Assembly: GCA_945883285.1 (NCBI GenBank)
Contig: CAMCXH010000002.1
Location: 2,898-66,897 of the forward strand
Reading direction: 5' to 3'
DNA from: Bordetella parapertussis
GTDB lineage: Bacteria > Pseudomonadota > Gammaproteobacteria > Burkholderiales > Burkholderiaceae_E
DNA length: 64,000 nt
The position numbers were made by a program, and so were the translations under genes. The notes beneath the pieces were generated by a model. That model searched no databases, was not told the origin of the DNA, and saw nothing but the letters and a program-made list of their open reading frames with translations. This document shows positions 1 through 8,607 of the stretch, in pieces; positions within the stretch are counted from its first letter, which is position 1; every line of letters starts with the position of its first letter.

Positions 1-783
1 CAGTGCGCAGCGGTATAGGGCAGCATGGCGATATGACCGTCGCGCGTCGGTGCCGGCTTGCGCCCGCCCGCCAGCAGACGTGCATAGCCTGCGGGCCCGA
101 TTGGCGGCTCGAAGCTCAGGCCGCCAAGATGCTCGGCCATCGTGAAGGCCACCATTGTCTCGAGCATCGGCACTTCCACCAGTTGCCCCTGCCCGGTGCG
201 CTCGCGATGCAGCAGCGCGGCCAGCACCGCATTGGCCAGCGCCAGTCCGCAGGTTTTGTCGGCAAGCAGTGTCGGCGCATAGTCGGGCATTCCGCTCTCG
301 TTGCCGATCAGGCTGGCAATACCGCTGGCGGCCTGGATCACATCGTCGAAGGCCGGCTTGCCGGCATCGGGCCCCGACTCACCGAAGCCGGTCGCCATGC
401 AGTAAACCAGATCCGGCTTGAGCGCCGACAGCGCGTCATAGCCCAGGCCGAGTCTTTCGATGGCATCGACCCGCATGTTGTGAACCACGACATCGACGCC
501 AGGCAGCAGGCGATGAATGATCTCCAGACCTTCCGGTGTCTTGAGATCAATCGAGAGCGATCGCTTGTTGCGGTTGATCGCCAGAAAGATCGAGCTCATG
601 CCGCGATTCTTTGAGACGCCATTAGCCCGCATCAGATCGCCGGCAGGCGGCTCGATCTTGATGACGTCAGCGCCATAGTCGCCCAGGATCTGGGTGGCCA
701 AAGGGCCGAGAACGACCGCGGTGAGGTCGAGGATGCGGTAACCGGCGAGCGGGCCGGTGCGATTCGCGGGCGCTGTGTCCATG
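1..783 (-). CDS. Family III CoA-transferase (CaiB/BaiF type), N-terminal 261 codons; C-terminus lies beyond the window start
   Basis: Absent from the ORF track because it is open at the edge. Hand translation of the minus strand from ATG 783-781 gives MDTAPANRTGPLAGYRILDLTAVVLGPLATQILGDYGADVIKIEPPAGD...NRNKRSLSIDLKTPEG..., the same N-terminal pattern as the paralog at 2468-3670. The 3..614 + ORF is its antisense shadow. Confidence 0.85.
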
Positions 784-856
784 CCGGAATCTGTCTCCCT
801 GATTGATGTGTTTCGCTAGGTTTTCGGTATCTGCAGCAGGGGGCCGAGGATAAATA

Positions 857-876
857 CTTGTTGCCTGCCCAACAAG
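857..876. promoter_or_regulatory. Perfect inverted repeat CTTGTTG-N6-CAACAAG in a divergent intergenic region; candidate operator
   Basis: Read directly: cttgttg (857-863), cctgcc, caacaag (870-876). It lies between the divergent CoA-transferase (start 783) and enoyl-CoA hydratase (start 1023). Confidence 0.3.
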
Positions 877-977
877 CTTCGGTCGAAAATCAGCCCACTA
901 CGACAATGACACATCAAGGACCTGCGCAAGGCAGGACATGACCATCTTCCCGGGGCATCTGCCCCGCGGCCCGCATT

Positions 978-1003
978 CACACCCAGACATCACACCCAGA
1001 CAC
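978..1003. repeat. 13-bp tandem duplication (cacacccagacaT / cacacccagacaC)
   Basis: Read directly in the 5' leader of the enoyl-CoA hydratase gene. Confidence 0.9.
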
Positions 1004-1022
1004 CCTACAAGGATCGACGACC

Positions 1023-1835
1023 ATGACTGCTGCCCTTTCCGCGGTAATTCCTGCCACGCCTCCGGTTGCCATGGCCCTCGATGGCCATGTCGGCATCGTC
1101 GAGGTTCAGAAGCCGCCGCATAACTTCTTCGACCAGGAAATGCTCTCGGGCATCGCCGATGCCTTCGAGATGTTCGAGACCAATCCCGAGTGCCGTGTGA
1201 TCGTGCTTTGCGCGCAGGGCACCTCGTTTTGCGCAGGCGCCGACTTCTCGCGCCGTGACAATGCCGCCAGTGGCAACGTCCATCGCAGCCCGCGTGCGGT
1301 CAATCCCATTTACGGTGAAGCAGCGCGCCTGTTTGCGGCGACCAAGCCGGTGATCTGTGCGGTGCAAGGGCCGGCCATCGGTGGCGGCCTGGGTCTGGCA
1401 ATGGTCGGCGATTTTCGGGTGACCTGTCCGGAGGCGCGTTTTGCCGCGAATTTCACGCGCCTGGGCTTTCATCCCGGCTTTGGTCTGTCGGTCACGCTGC
1501 CCCGCGTGATCGGCATCCAGAAGGCGCAGATGATGTTCTTCACCGGTCGTCGCATCGGCGGTGAAGAGGCGGTGGCGATGGGTCTGGCCGATGTGCTGGT
1601 GCCGCGCGAGCAGGTTCGCGAAGAGGCGATGAAGATGGCTCGCGAAATTGCGATCTCGGCGCCGCTCGCGGTCCAGGCGGTGCGTGCCTCGCTGCGCGCG
1701 GGTCTGGTCGAGCAGATCCGCAGCATGGTCGCTCACGAGAGCATGCATCAGACGCAGCACTATCAGACCGAAGACTTCAAGGAAGGCATCGCCGCCTCGG
1801 CTGCCCGACGCGAGCCGGTCTTCAAGGGCCGCTGA
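1023..1835 (+). CDS. Enoyl-CoA hydratase/isomerase (crotonase family)
   Basis: 270 aa. Crotonase pattern IVLCAQGTSFCAGADF ... ICAVQGPAIGGGLGLAMVGDFRV; ATG start. Confidence 0.9.
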   Translation: MTAALSAVIPATPPVAMALDGHVGIVEVQKPPHNFFDQEMLSGIADAFEMFETNPECRVIVLCAQGTSFCAGADFSRRDNAASGNVHRSPRAVNPIYGEAARLFAATKPVICAVQGPAIGGGLGLAMVGDFRVTCPEARFAANFTRLGFHPGFGLSVTLPRVIGIQKAQMMFFTGRRIGGEEAVAMGLADVLVPREQVREEAMKMAREIAISAPLAVQAVRASLRAGLVEQIRSMVAHESMHQTQHYQTEDFKEGIAASAARREPVFKGR

Positions 1836-1850
1836 TCAACCGGGCCGCTG

Positions 1851-2477
1851 ATGCAACCGCTTTTCGATATTGCCTTTCGCACCGCACTCCACCACCGGTT
1901 GCAAGGCTTCGAGCGCTACCAGCCGGTCCGCGATCCGGCGGTGGTGCTCAAGCGCGCTGCGGTCTGCATCACGATCACCGACGCCGGTGATGATGCGGCC
2001 TTCGTGCTCACGCGCCGCGCACGCGGATTGCGCAATCATGGTGGCCAGTGGGCGCTGCCTGGCGGGCGGCTTGATGCCGGCGAGACCGCGTCGCAGGCGG
2101 CATTGCGCGAGTTGCACGAGGAGGTCGGGCTCGAACTGGGTGGTGAGGCGGTGCTCGGTCTGCTCGACGACTATCCGACCCGCTCCGGCTATCTGATCAC
2201 GCCGGTGGTGGTCTGGGCGGGTGCAAACGCCAGCATGGTGGCCAACCCGGATGAGGTGGCCTCCATCCATCGCATCGGGCTCGACCAGATTCTTGCTCAC
2301 GATGCGGTCGATTTCGTGACCATCCCCGAGAGCGATCGGCCAGTGGTGCGTTTGCGCATCAACGATGATCGTATCCACGCACCGACGGCTGCCGTGCTCT
2401 ATCAGTTTGCTGAGCTGATCGGCGGCCGTCAGACCCGGGTTCACGAACTCGAACAACCGACCTTCGCATGGCGATGA
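1851..2477 (+). CDS. NUDIX hydrolase (CoA-pyrophosphatase-like)
   Basis: Nudix box GGRLDAGETASQAALRELHEEVGL (GX5EX7REUXEEXGU). 10-nt overlap with the next gene. Confidence 0.85.
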   Translation: MQPLFDIAFRTALHHRLQGFERYQPVRDPAVVLKRAAVCITITDAGDDAAFVLTRRARGLRNHGGQWALPGGRLDAGETASQAALRELHEEVGLELGGEAVLGLLDDYPTRSGYLITPVVVWAGANASMVANPDEVASIHRIGLDQILAHDAVDFVTIPESDRPVVRLRINDDRIHAPTAAVLYQFAELIGGRQTRVHELEQPTFAWR

Positions 2478-3670
2478 ACGATTCATTCGATGCGCCGCCC
2501 TTCGAAGGCCTGACGGTCATCGATTGCGCCAGCTTCGTGGCCGGTCCGGCCGCGGCCACCATCCTGTCGGACTTCGGTGCCGAGGTCATCAAGATCGAGC
2601 CGCTCGAGGGCGATCCCTATCGCACGCTGCTGCCTGGTGAAACCTATCCCTGGGATCTCGATTCTCGTAACAAGCGCAGTGTGGCGATCGATCTCAAGCA
2701 TCCCGAGGGACTGGCGGTACTCTACCGGCTGGTGCGCCGGGCCGATGTCTTCATCACCAATTTTCCGCTCGGCGCACGCAAGCGTCTGAAGATCGATGTT
2801 GATACGCTGGCGCCCATCAACCAGCGACTGGTCTATGCCTCGCTCACCGCCTATGGCGAGACCGGCCCGGAAGCTGAAAAGACCGGTTTCGACAGCACGG
2901 CTTACTGGGCGCGCTCGGGTCTGATGGACACCGTCAAGCCCGAGCACAGTTCGCCGCCGAGCCGCTCGGTGATTGCGATGGGCGACCATCCGACCGCGGT
3001 GTCGCTCTATGCCGCGATTGCCACCGCGCTGTTCCGTCGTGAACGCACCGGACGCGGCGGACTGGTGAGCTCATCGCTGATTGCCAACGGTGTGTGGGCC
3101 AACAGCGTGATGACGCAGGCTGCCCTCGCAGGCGTCAGCATCCCAGCTCGTCAGCCGCGCACGCACAACCCCAATCCGCTCTCGAATGTCTATCGCTGCC
3201 GCGATGATCGTTGGCTCAACCTTGCGGTGCTCAATGAGCGGCAGTACCCCGCACTGTGCCGACTGTTCGGGCAGGAAGCGCTCATCGACGATCCGCGCTA
3301 TGCCACCCAGGCTGCGCGCCATGCCAATAACGCGGCGCTGATCGCGGTGTTCGATGAAGCCTTTCTTGCGCGCAACCGCGATGAGTGGTGTCAGCTTTTC
3401 GAGCGTGACGGCATCACCCATGCCTCGATCAGCACGATTCAGGATCTGCCGCAGGATGCTCAGCTGCTGGCCAGCGGCGTGCTGGTGCCCTTTGCCGATG
3501 GTTCGGGCATGACGGTCAGCAACCCGATCGGGCTGGGCGCCACCGCCAGAGTCGCGCCAGTGCCGGCGCCGACTCGCGTCGGCCAGCACACCGAGGCGGT
3601 GTTGCTCGGCTGCGGCTATTCGATCGAGGAGATCGAGTCGCTCAGACGGTTGGGTGTGCTGGCGGGTTGA
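2468..3670 (+). CDS. Family III CoA-transferase (CaiB/BaiF type)
   Basis: 400 aa. FEGLTVIDCASFVAGPAAATILSDFGAEVIKIEPLEGDPYR. Paralog of the gene at 1-783. Confidence 0.9.
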   Translation: MAMNDSFDAPPFEGLTVIDCASFVAGPAAATILSDFGAEVIKIEPLEGDPYRTLLPGETYPWDLDSRNKRSVAIDLKHPEGLAVLYRLVRRADVFITNFPLGARKRLKIDVDTLAPINQRLVYASLTAYGETGPEAEKTGFDSTAYWARSGLMDTVKPEHSSPPSRSVIAMGDHPTAVSLYAAIATALFRRERTGRGGLVSSSLIANGVWANSVMTQAALAGVSIPARQPRTHNPNPLSNVYRCRDDRWLNLAVLNERQYPALCRLFGQEALIDDPRYATQAARHANNAALIAVFDEAFLARNRDEWCQLFERDGITHASISTIQDLPQDAQLLASGVLVPFADGSGMTVSNPIGLGATARVAPVPAPTRVGQHTEAVLLGCGYSIEEIESLRRLGVLAG

Positions 3671-4862
3671 GGTTCAGGAGGTCGGACGCCGAGCTCAGGC
3701 CGCGACAGGTCCTGGTCCACCATTGCGAAAACGAGCTGCAGGGACGTTCGACCTCGGGAAAAAGCAGGGCAGGCTTGCTGCACACCGCCCAGCGCGTCAG
3801 CCATGCAGTGAGGTGAGGCTCGTCGACGCTGCGTACGCTGCGGGCTGAACTCAGTGCACCACCAATGTCACTCGCCTCGCCATGCCAGCATTGTGTGGCG
3901 ACCTCGGCCATCCGTTCGCCGACGAACTGCCAGCGACGCTTGCTCCATGGCCAGGCGCGATGAAAGTCTGCGACGAAAAGACCGATCACGAGAGTGTCCG
4001 ACGGCAGCTCGTGCGGCAAGTCGCCGAGGTTCCAGGGATGGACCAGCCAGACGTCTCGGCCGCGCACGATCGTATCGTCTGGGGCGGTCACACCGATTGG
4101 TGCCCGGGGTGTGGCGCTGACGACTGGCTCAGGCAACCGGATAGCGTCAGGCGCCGACCGCAGACGGTATCGATCCTCCTTCGAGGGGTGCTGTCGGGCC
4201 AATCGATCGAGTGCTTCGTAGGAGGTATCGATGACGGTGTCCGGGCTGTGCCAGGAGGGCGGAGCATAACGAGCCACATTGTCGGCATTGAAAAGATAGG
4301 GTTTGCTGCTGCCGGTGCCAGCGACCCACTGCCAGCTCAGATGATTGCTTGCCAGGTCGCCGTCCAGCAGATGGGCATAAAGCCAGTCTGCACCGGCCCG
4401 CCAGTGCACTTTACGCACATGGACGAGGTAGCTTGCCAGCCACATGCGAGCATGGTTGTGCAGCATCCCGGTGTCATAGAGCGTTCGGACCGACTGGTCG
4501 ATCACCGCGACCCCGGTGCAGGCCTGTCGGATGTCGTCTGGCAGGGTTGGCAGGTAGGCATCGTCGGGCAACAGCCCGTCATGCAGTGAGCCGAAAATCG
4601 CTTCGCCCCGGTGCTGCCAGACATGCCGGAAATACCCTCTCCAGCCGAGCTCGAAGACAAACTTGTGCTGGATGTCGAGAGGATGTCGCGCGTTCACGCC
4701 AGCCAGCACATCGGCGAGCGAGACGATGCCGTGAGTGATGTAGGGCGACAGACCGCTGACCGCCCCGTCGAGTGCGTTGCGGGTGCGTGCATAGGCCGCA
4801 GGCCGCACGGCAGCAATGCGTGCCCGGGCTGCCGCGATCGTCGGTGCGAAGGTCTCATCCAT
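3642..4862 (-). CDS. Photolyase/cryptochrome-related FAD-binding protein with apparently permuted domain order
   Basis: N-terminal half carries photolyase FAD-domain motifs (LSPYITHG, LGWRGYFRH, NHARMWLASY, DGDLASNHLSWQWVAGTG). C-terminal ~130 aa resembles the photolyase N-terminal alpha/beta domain (VWLVHPWNLGD, RRWQFVGERMAEV, FSQWW). I prefer ATG 4862 (MDETF...), which overlaps the upstream stop as ATGGATGA; the track start at 4907 is a TTG. Confidence 0.75.
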   Translation of the reverse strand: MDETFAPTIAAARARIAAVRPAAYARTRNALDGAVSGLSPYITHGIVSLADVLAGVNARHPLDIQHKFVFELGWRGYFRHVWQHRGEAIFGSLHDGLLPDDAYLPTLPDDIRQACTGVAVIDQSVRTLYDTGMLHNHARMWLASYLVHVRKVHWRAGADWLYAHLLDGDLASNHLSWQWVAGTGSSKPYLFNADNVARYAPPSWHSPDTVIDTSYEALDRLARQHPSKEDRYRLRSAPDAIRLPEPVVSATPRAPIGVTAPDDTIVRGRDVWLVHPWNLGDLPHELPSDTLVIGLFVADFHRAWPWSKRRWQFVGERMAEVATQCWHGEASDIGGALSSARSVRSVDEPHLTAWLTRWAVCSKPALLFPEVERPCSSFSQWWTRTCRGLSSASDLLNLNPPAHPTV

Positions 4863-6432
4863 GGGCGGCGCCGATCTCACCGCGACGAATCGAGGCGGCT
4901 CGATCAACGATCGCGCGCTTCTGATCCGGCTGCAGACGCGTCATGTTCTTGACCTGCAAGGACATCCTGGGGTTTTTCGCAAGCGCCGATTCGTGCCGCA
5001 TGAGGAAGTCCCAGTAGAGGGTGGTAAACGGGCAGGCATTGGTCCCGCTCGCCAGGCCCGGATCGTAGCGACAGCCCTTGCAATGCGGGCTCATCCGCTG
5101 GATGTATTTGCCGGTGGCGATGTAAGGCTTGCTGCCCATGACACCCCCATCGGCGTACTGACTCATCCCGAGCGTGTTGGGCAACTCAACCCACTCGACC
5201 GCATCGACATAGACCGCCAGATACCAGGTGTGGACCTGCTGCGGTCGGACACCGAGCATCAGCGCATAAAGGCCGGTCACCATCAGTCGCTGGATATGGT
5301 TGGCATAACCGTGGGTGAGGGTCTGCGCGAGCGCGTCACGCAGGCATGCCATGTCGGTCGAGCCGGTCCAGTACCAGGCGGGCAGATCCTGGTCGGCCTC
5401 GAGCGCATTGCGATCGAGGTATTGCGGCATCTGTGTCCAGTAGATGCCGCGTGCGTATTCGCGCCATCCCAGGATCTGGCGAATGAAGCCCTCGACGCTT
5501 TCCAGGGGCGCATGCCCGTCCTGCCAGGCCTTCTGGGCGGCCGCGACCAGCTCGCGCGGCGCAAGCAGTTTCAGATTGAGTGCCGCCGACAGATGCGAGT
5601 GGTACAGCCAGGGATCACCCGGCCACATCGCATCCTGGAAGCGACCGAACAGCGGCAAGCGTTCTCGAATGAATCGATCAAGTGTCTGCAGCGCCTCGGT
5701 ACGGGTCACCGGCCAAGCGAAGTGGTCGAGGCTGCCGGGATGATCGGCAAACCGTGTCTTCACCAGCGCGATCACCTCCCGAGTGATGGCATCGGGCTCG
5801 AAGCTCAGTCGAGCGGGCACCGCACCAGGGCCATCCTTGCCGAATGACGCCCGGTTGTCGGCATCGTAGTTCCATTGACCGCCGGCAGGTTCGTCATCCT
5901 GCATCAGGACCCGGTGACGCTTGCGCTGTTCGCGGTAGAAGTACTCCATGCGCAGCGACTTGCGGCCCTTCGCATGCATCGCAAACTCGGCCGGCGTCGT
6001 AAAGAAGTGCCGATCGTCGCGCAGATCAAGTGGCAGATCGCAGGCCTCGGTTGCCTGCCGGATCGCCTGCAGGACGCGCCAGTCGCCCGGCAGCGTCATG
6101 ACGACACGCTGTGGCCTCAGGCGCTTCAGATCGGCGTGCAGTTGCGCGCCCAGGCTGCCCGTGTTGCCCGGGTCCTCCAGGCGCGTGTAATGAAGCGCAC
6201 GGCCCGCGTCACGCAGCTCGCAGGCAAAGTGGCGCATTGCTGCCAGAAACAACGCGGTGCGCGCCTTGCCGGACCAGACATGGGTGGACTCTTCGGCCGC
6301 TTCGGCCATCCAGACCGCGTCGGTCGAGCGATCGAAGCCGTCGAATGCCGCGGCATCAAGGTCGAGTTGGTCGCCGAGCACGACGACCAGGGTGCCAAGT
6401 GTCCGCGTGTCTCGGCAGGCCTCGGTCGTCAT
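4855..6432 (-). CDS. phrB: FeS-containing bacterial cryptochrome/(6-4) photolyase family protein (FeS-BCP / PhrB-CryB type, COG3046)
   Basis: 525 aa. N-terminal LVVVLGDQL alpha/beta domain, central WREY / IQRLMVTG motifs, and a C-terminal Cys cluster (SPHCKGCRYDP...NACPFTTLYWDF) typical of the 4Fe-4S class. Confidence 0.85.
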   Translation of the reverse strand: MTTEACRDTRTLGTLVVVLGDQLDLDAAAFDGFDRSTDAVWMAEAAEESTHVWSGKARTALFLAAMRHFACELRDAGRALHYTRLEDPGNTGSLGAQLHADLKRLRPQRVVMTLPGDWRVLQAIRQATEACDLPLDLRDDRHFFTTPAEFAMHAKGRKSLRMEYFYREQRKRHRVLMQDDEPAGGQWNYDADNRASFGKDGPGAVPARLSFEPDAITREVIALVKTRFADHPGSLDHFAWPVTRTEALQTLDRFIRERLPLFGRFQDAMWPGDPWLYHSHLSAALNLKLLAPRELVAAAQKAWQDGHAPLESVEGFIRQILGWREYARGIYWTQMPQYLDRNALEADQDLPAWYWTGSTDMACLRDALAQTLTHGYANHIQRLMVTGLYALMLGVRPQQVHTWYLAVYVDAVEWVELPNTLGMSQYADGGVMGSKPYIATGKYIQRMSPHCKGCRYDPGLASGTNACPFTTLYWDFLMRHESALAKNPRMSLQVKNMTRLQPDQKRAIVDRAASIRRGEIGAAHG

Positions 6433-6486
6433 TGCGCGGGTTGCAGGCCGTCAGGTGAGAGGGGACTGCCCGACCGCCGCAATCAA

Positions 6487-6795
6487 TCAGCCCTTCTTCG
6501 CCCAGGCGCTGCACCAACCGGCGCCCAGAACCTGCTTGCCGGGGAACAGCGGGCAGCCGCCAGCCTTGTCGCTGCTCTTGCCCTGATAGAGCGCGCAGTT
6601 GGTGCAGTTTTGGCCGGCAGCGTATTTCGAGTATTTCTTGACGTCGGTACGGGTGGCGTCGCCGACGTAGCCGAGCGCGGCGGCTTGGGCGTCCTTCTCG
6701 TCAACCATGGCCTGTGCGCGGGCACCGGTGGCAAGGGCTGCGCCCGAGGCTGCCAGGGAAATCATGAAAACGCGGCGTGAGGAAGTCAGATTCAT
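6487..6795 (-). CDS. hip: High-potential iron-sulfur protein (HiPIP) with Tat-type signal peptide
   Basis: 102 aa. SRRVFM twin-arginine-like signal, AQA cleavage context, and the four-Cys pattern CTNCALY...GGCPLF...GWCSAW. Confidence 0.9.
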   Translation of the reverse strand: MNLTSSRRVFMISLAASGAALATGARAQAMVDEKDAQAAALGYVGDATRTDVKKYSKYAAGQNCTNCALYQGKSSDKAGGCPLFPGKQVLGAGWCSAWAKKG

Positions 6796-6952
6796 TTGAA
6801 GTTCCTGTTGGGAGGGTGCATGGAAAGGTAAGTGTCAACTCGTTTCGTCTTGAAAGCTTACCGAGATTCAGCGCAATAAACGAGTCAAATACGAAGTTTT
6901 CAAATGAGATCATGAGATAATTCGAGTCAAAATAGATTCATCAGGTGGTTTC
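6796..6952. promoter_or_regulatory. A/T-rich divergent promoter/operator region between the HiPIP-photolyase operon and the MerR gene
   Basis: Visibly the most A/T-rich stretch in this part of the window. It contains CGAGTCAAA twice (6881-6889, 6923-6931; 42 bp apart) and ATGAGAT twice in tandem (6904-6910, 6912-6918). Confidence 0.5.
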
Positions 6953-8050
6953 ATGAACGAAAATGCATCCGACGGGCTGTCGAGTCCGGTTGAGCCGCTT
7001 GCCGCCGAGCCGGTCTTTCATCGAAGCGCGGCAGTCGCGCGCATGCTTCGAATGCCGGTGGCGACGCTGCGCGTCTGGGAGCGCCGCTACGGCTTGTCAG
7101 GGGCTGCGCGTTCGCCTGGTGGTCAGCGTCTTTACAGCGACGCCGATGTGCGTCGCCTGGCGGTTGTCCGACGGCTGAACGAACTCGGGCATGCGATTTC
7201 AAGCTTGGCCGGCCTCGACCTCGAACAGCTCCAGCGGGTCGCCGCGACCCATGCCGCTCTGTCGGCGGCTGCGCAGCCGGTGGGGAGGACGGAAGTCCGC
7301 CGGCAGGCGCCGCTTCGGCCCTGGCGACTCGCCGTGATCGGCAGGTCGCTCGCGTTGCGCTTTCAGCGTCCTGCGCTGTCGGATCGCCTCGGCCGGGCAT
7401 TCGAGCTGATTGGCCTCTTTGATGACGTCGGGCAGGCGGCTGAGGGCTTGCGCGCCAGCGATCTCGATGCCTTGCTGATTCATGAGCCGCAGTTGCATCC
7501 GAACTGGTTGGCCGCCTTCGATACCGCGGCACCGGCTTTTGCCGATCTGCCGAAGGCTGTGCTTTACGGGTTTGCGTCGGATGCGGTTTGCGAGGGCATG
7601 GCCAACGCCGGCGTGGCGCTGCTGCGGGAGCCGCAGCCGGATGCGGTCCTGGCACAGTGGTTGAACCACCTGTCCGATGCAGCCACCCGATCGGGAGAAT
7701 CAGGAGAATCAGGAGAATCGGTTTTGCCTGGGCTGCGGCGGGCAAGCGAAGTCGCTGCGCCGCGACGCTGGGATGACGCGGCGCTCGCCGGCTTCGCGGC
7801 CCTGCCATCGAAGGTTGCCTGCGAATGTCCGCGTCATATCGCCGAACTGCTGATTCAACTGTCGCAGTTCGAGGCCTACAGCGCCGAGTGCGGACTGCTC
7901 AGTGCGGCCGATGCCGAATTGCATGCTTACCTTAAAACGATTGCCGCAGACTCGCGTGTCCGCTTCGAGGCTGCGCTCGAACATGTGGCGCTGCATGAGG
8001 GATTGCTGTTGCCGGTCTCTGCCAGTCGCAGCGCATCCATGAAACCTTGA
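6953..8050 (+). CDS. MerR-family transcriptional regulator with a large uncharacterised C-terminal domain
   Basis: N-terminal HTH SAAVARMLRMPVATLRVWERRYGL...LYSDADVRRL. C-terminal CECPRHIAELLIQLSQFEAYSAEC. Divergent from the photolyase operon. Confidence 0.85.
   Translation: MNENASDGLSSPVEPLAAEPVFHRSAAVARMLRMPVATLRVWERRYGLSGAARSPGGQRLYSDADVRRLAVVRRLNELGHAISSLAGLDLEQLQRVAATHAALSAAAQPVGRTEVRRQAPLRPWRLAVIGRSLALRFQRPALSDRLGRAFELIGLFDDVGQAAEGLRASDLDALLIHEPQLHPNWLAAFDTAAPAFADLPKAVLYGFASDAVCEGMANAGVALLREPQPDAVLAQWLNHLSDAATRSGESGESGESVLPGLRRASEVAAPRRWDDAALAGFAALPSKVACECPRHIAELLIQLSQFEAYSAECGLLSAADAELHAYLKTIAADSRVRFEAALEHVALHEGLLLPVSASRSASMKP
7694..7720 (+). repeat. 9-bp in-frame tandem repeat x3 (ggagaatca), encoding (GES)3
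   Basis: Read directly inside the MerR-family CDS linker region. Confidence 0.9.
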
Positions 8051-8077
8051 CCCCATGGTCGCTGCGAGCTGCAACCG

Positions 8078-8587
8078 TTATGGCGCCAGCCAGCTGCCGC
8101 TCTTGCCGCCGTGCTTTTCCAGCAGCTTCACGTCGGTGATGGTCATGCCCCGATCGGTCGCCTTGAGCATATCGTAGACCGTGAGCAGGCCCACCTGAAC
8201 CGCGGTGAGCGCCTCCATCTCCACGCCGGTGCGGCCTTCGCATTCGACGGTCGCTGAGCAATACACCGCGCAGCCGGTCTCGTCGATCGACAGCTCGACC
8301 GCCACGCGCGTGAGCGCGATCGGGTGGCACAGCGGGATCAGGTCGGCGGTGCGCTTGGCACCCTGTATCGCGGCGATCCGGGCAATACCCAGGACATCGC
8401 CCTTTTTCGCATTGCCGGCGCGCACCAGCTCGAGCGTGGCAGGCTGCATGACAATGCGTCCGTGCGCGATGGCGCGTCGCGGGGTGACCGCCTTGTTGCC
8501 GACATCGACCATATGCGCCTGCCCTGCGGCGTCGAAATGCGTCAACGGGGAGATCGATGGCAGGGGCGGCGCGGAAGGCTTCGGCAT
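8078..8587 (-). CDS. moaC: Cyclic pyranopterin monophosphate synthase MoaC
   Basis: [18 protein letters not shown]...[28 protein letters not shown]...[11 protein letters not shown]. Start moved to internal ATG (MPKPS...). Confidence 0.92.
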   Translation of the reverse strand: MPKPSAPPLPSISPLTHFDAAGQAHMVDVGNKAVTPRRAIAHGRIVMQPATLELVRAGNAKKGDVLGIARIAAIQGAKRTADLIPLCHPIALTRVAVELSIDETGCAVYCSATVECEGRTGVEMEALTAVQVGLLTVYDMLKATDRGMTITDVKLLEKHGGKSGSWLAP

Positions 8588-8607
8588 GGCGGGCCTATCA
8601 TAGCAAC

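Noticed and set aside
3-614. 203-aa + strand ORF at the window start
   Set aside because: It is the antisense shadow of a clear family III CoA-transferase on the minus strand (1-783). Its sequence is Arg/Gly/His-rich and matches no family.
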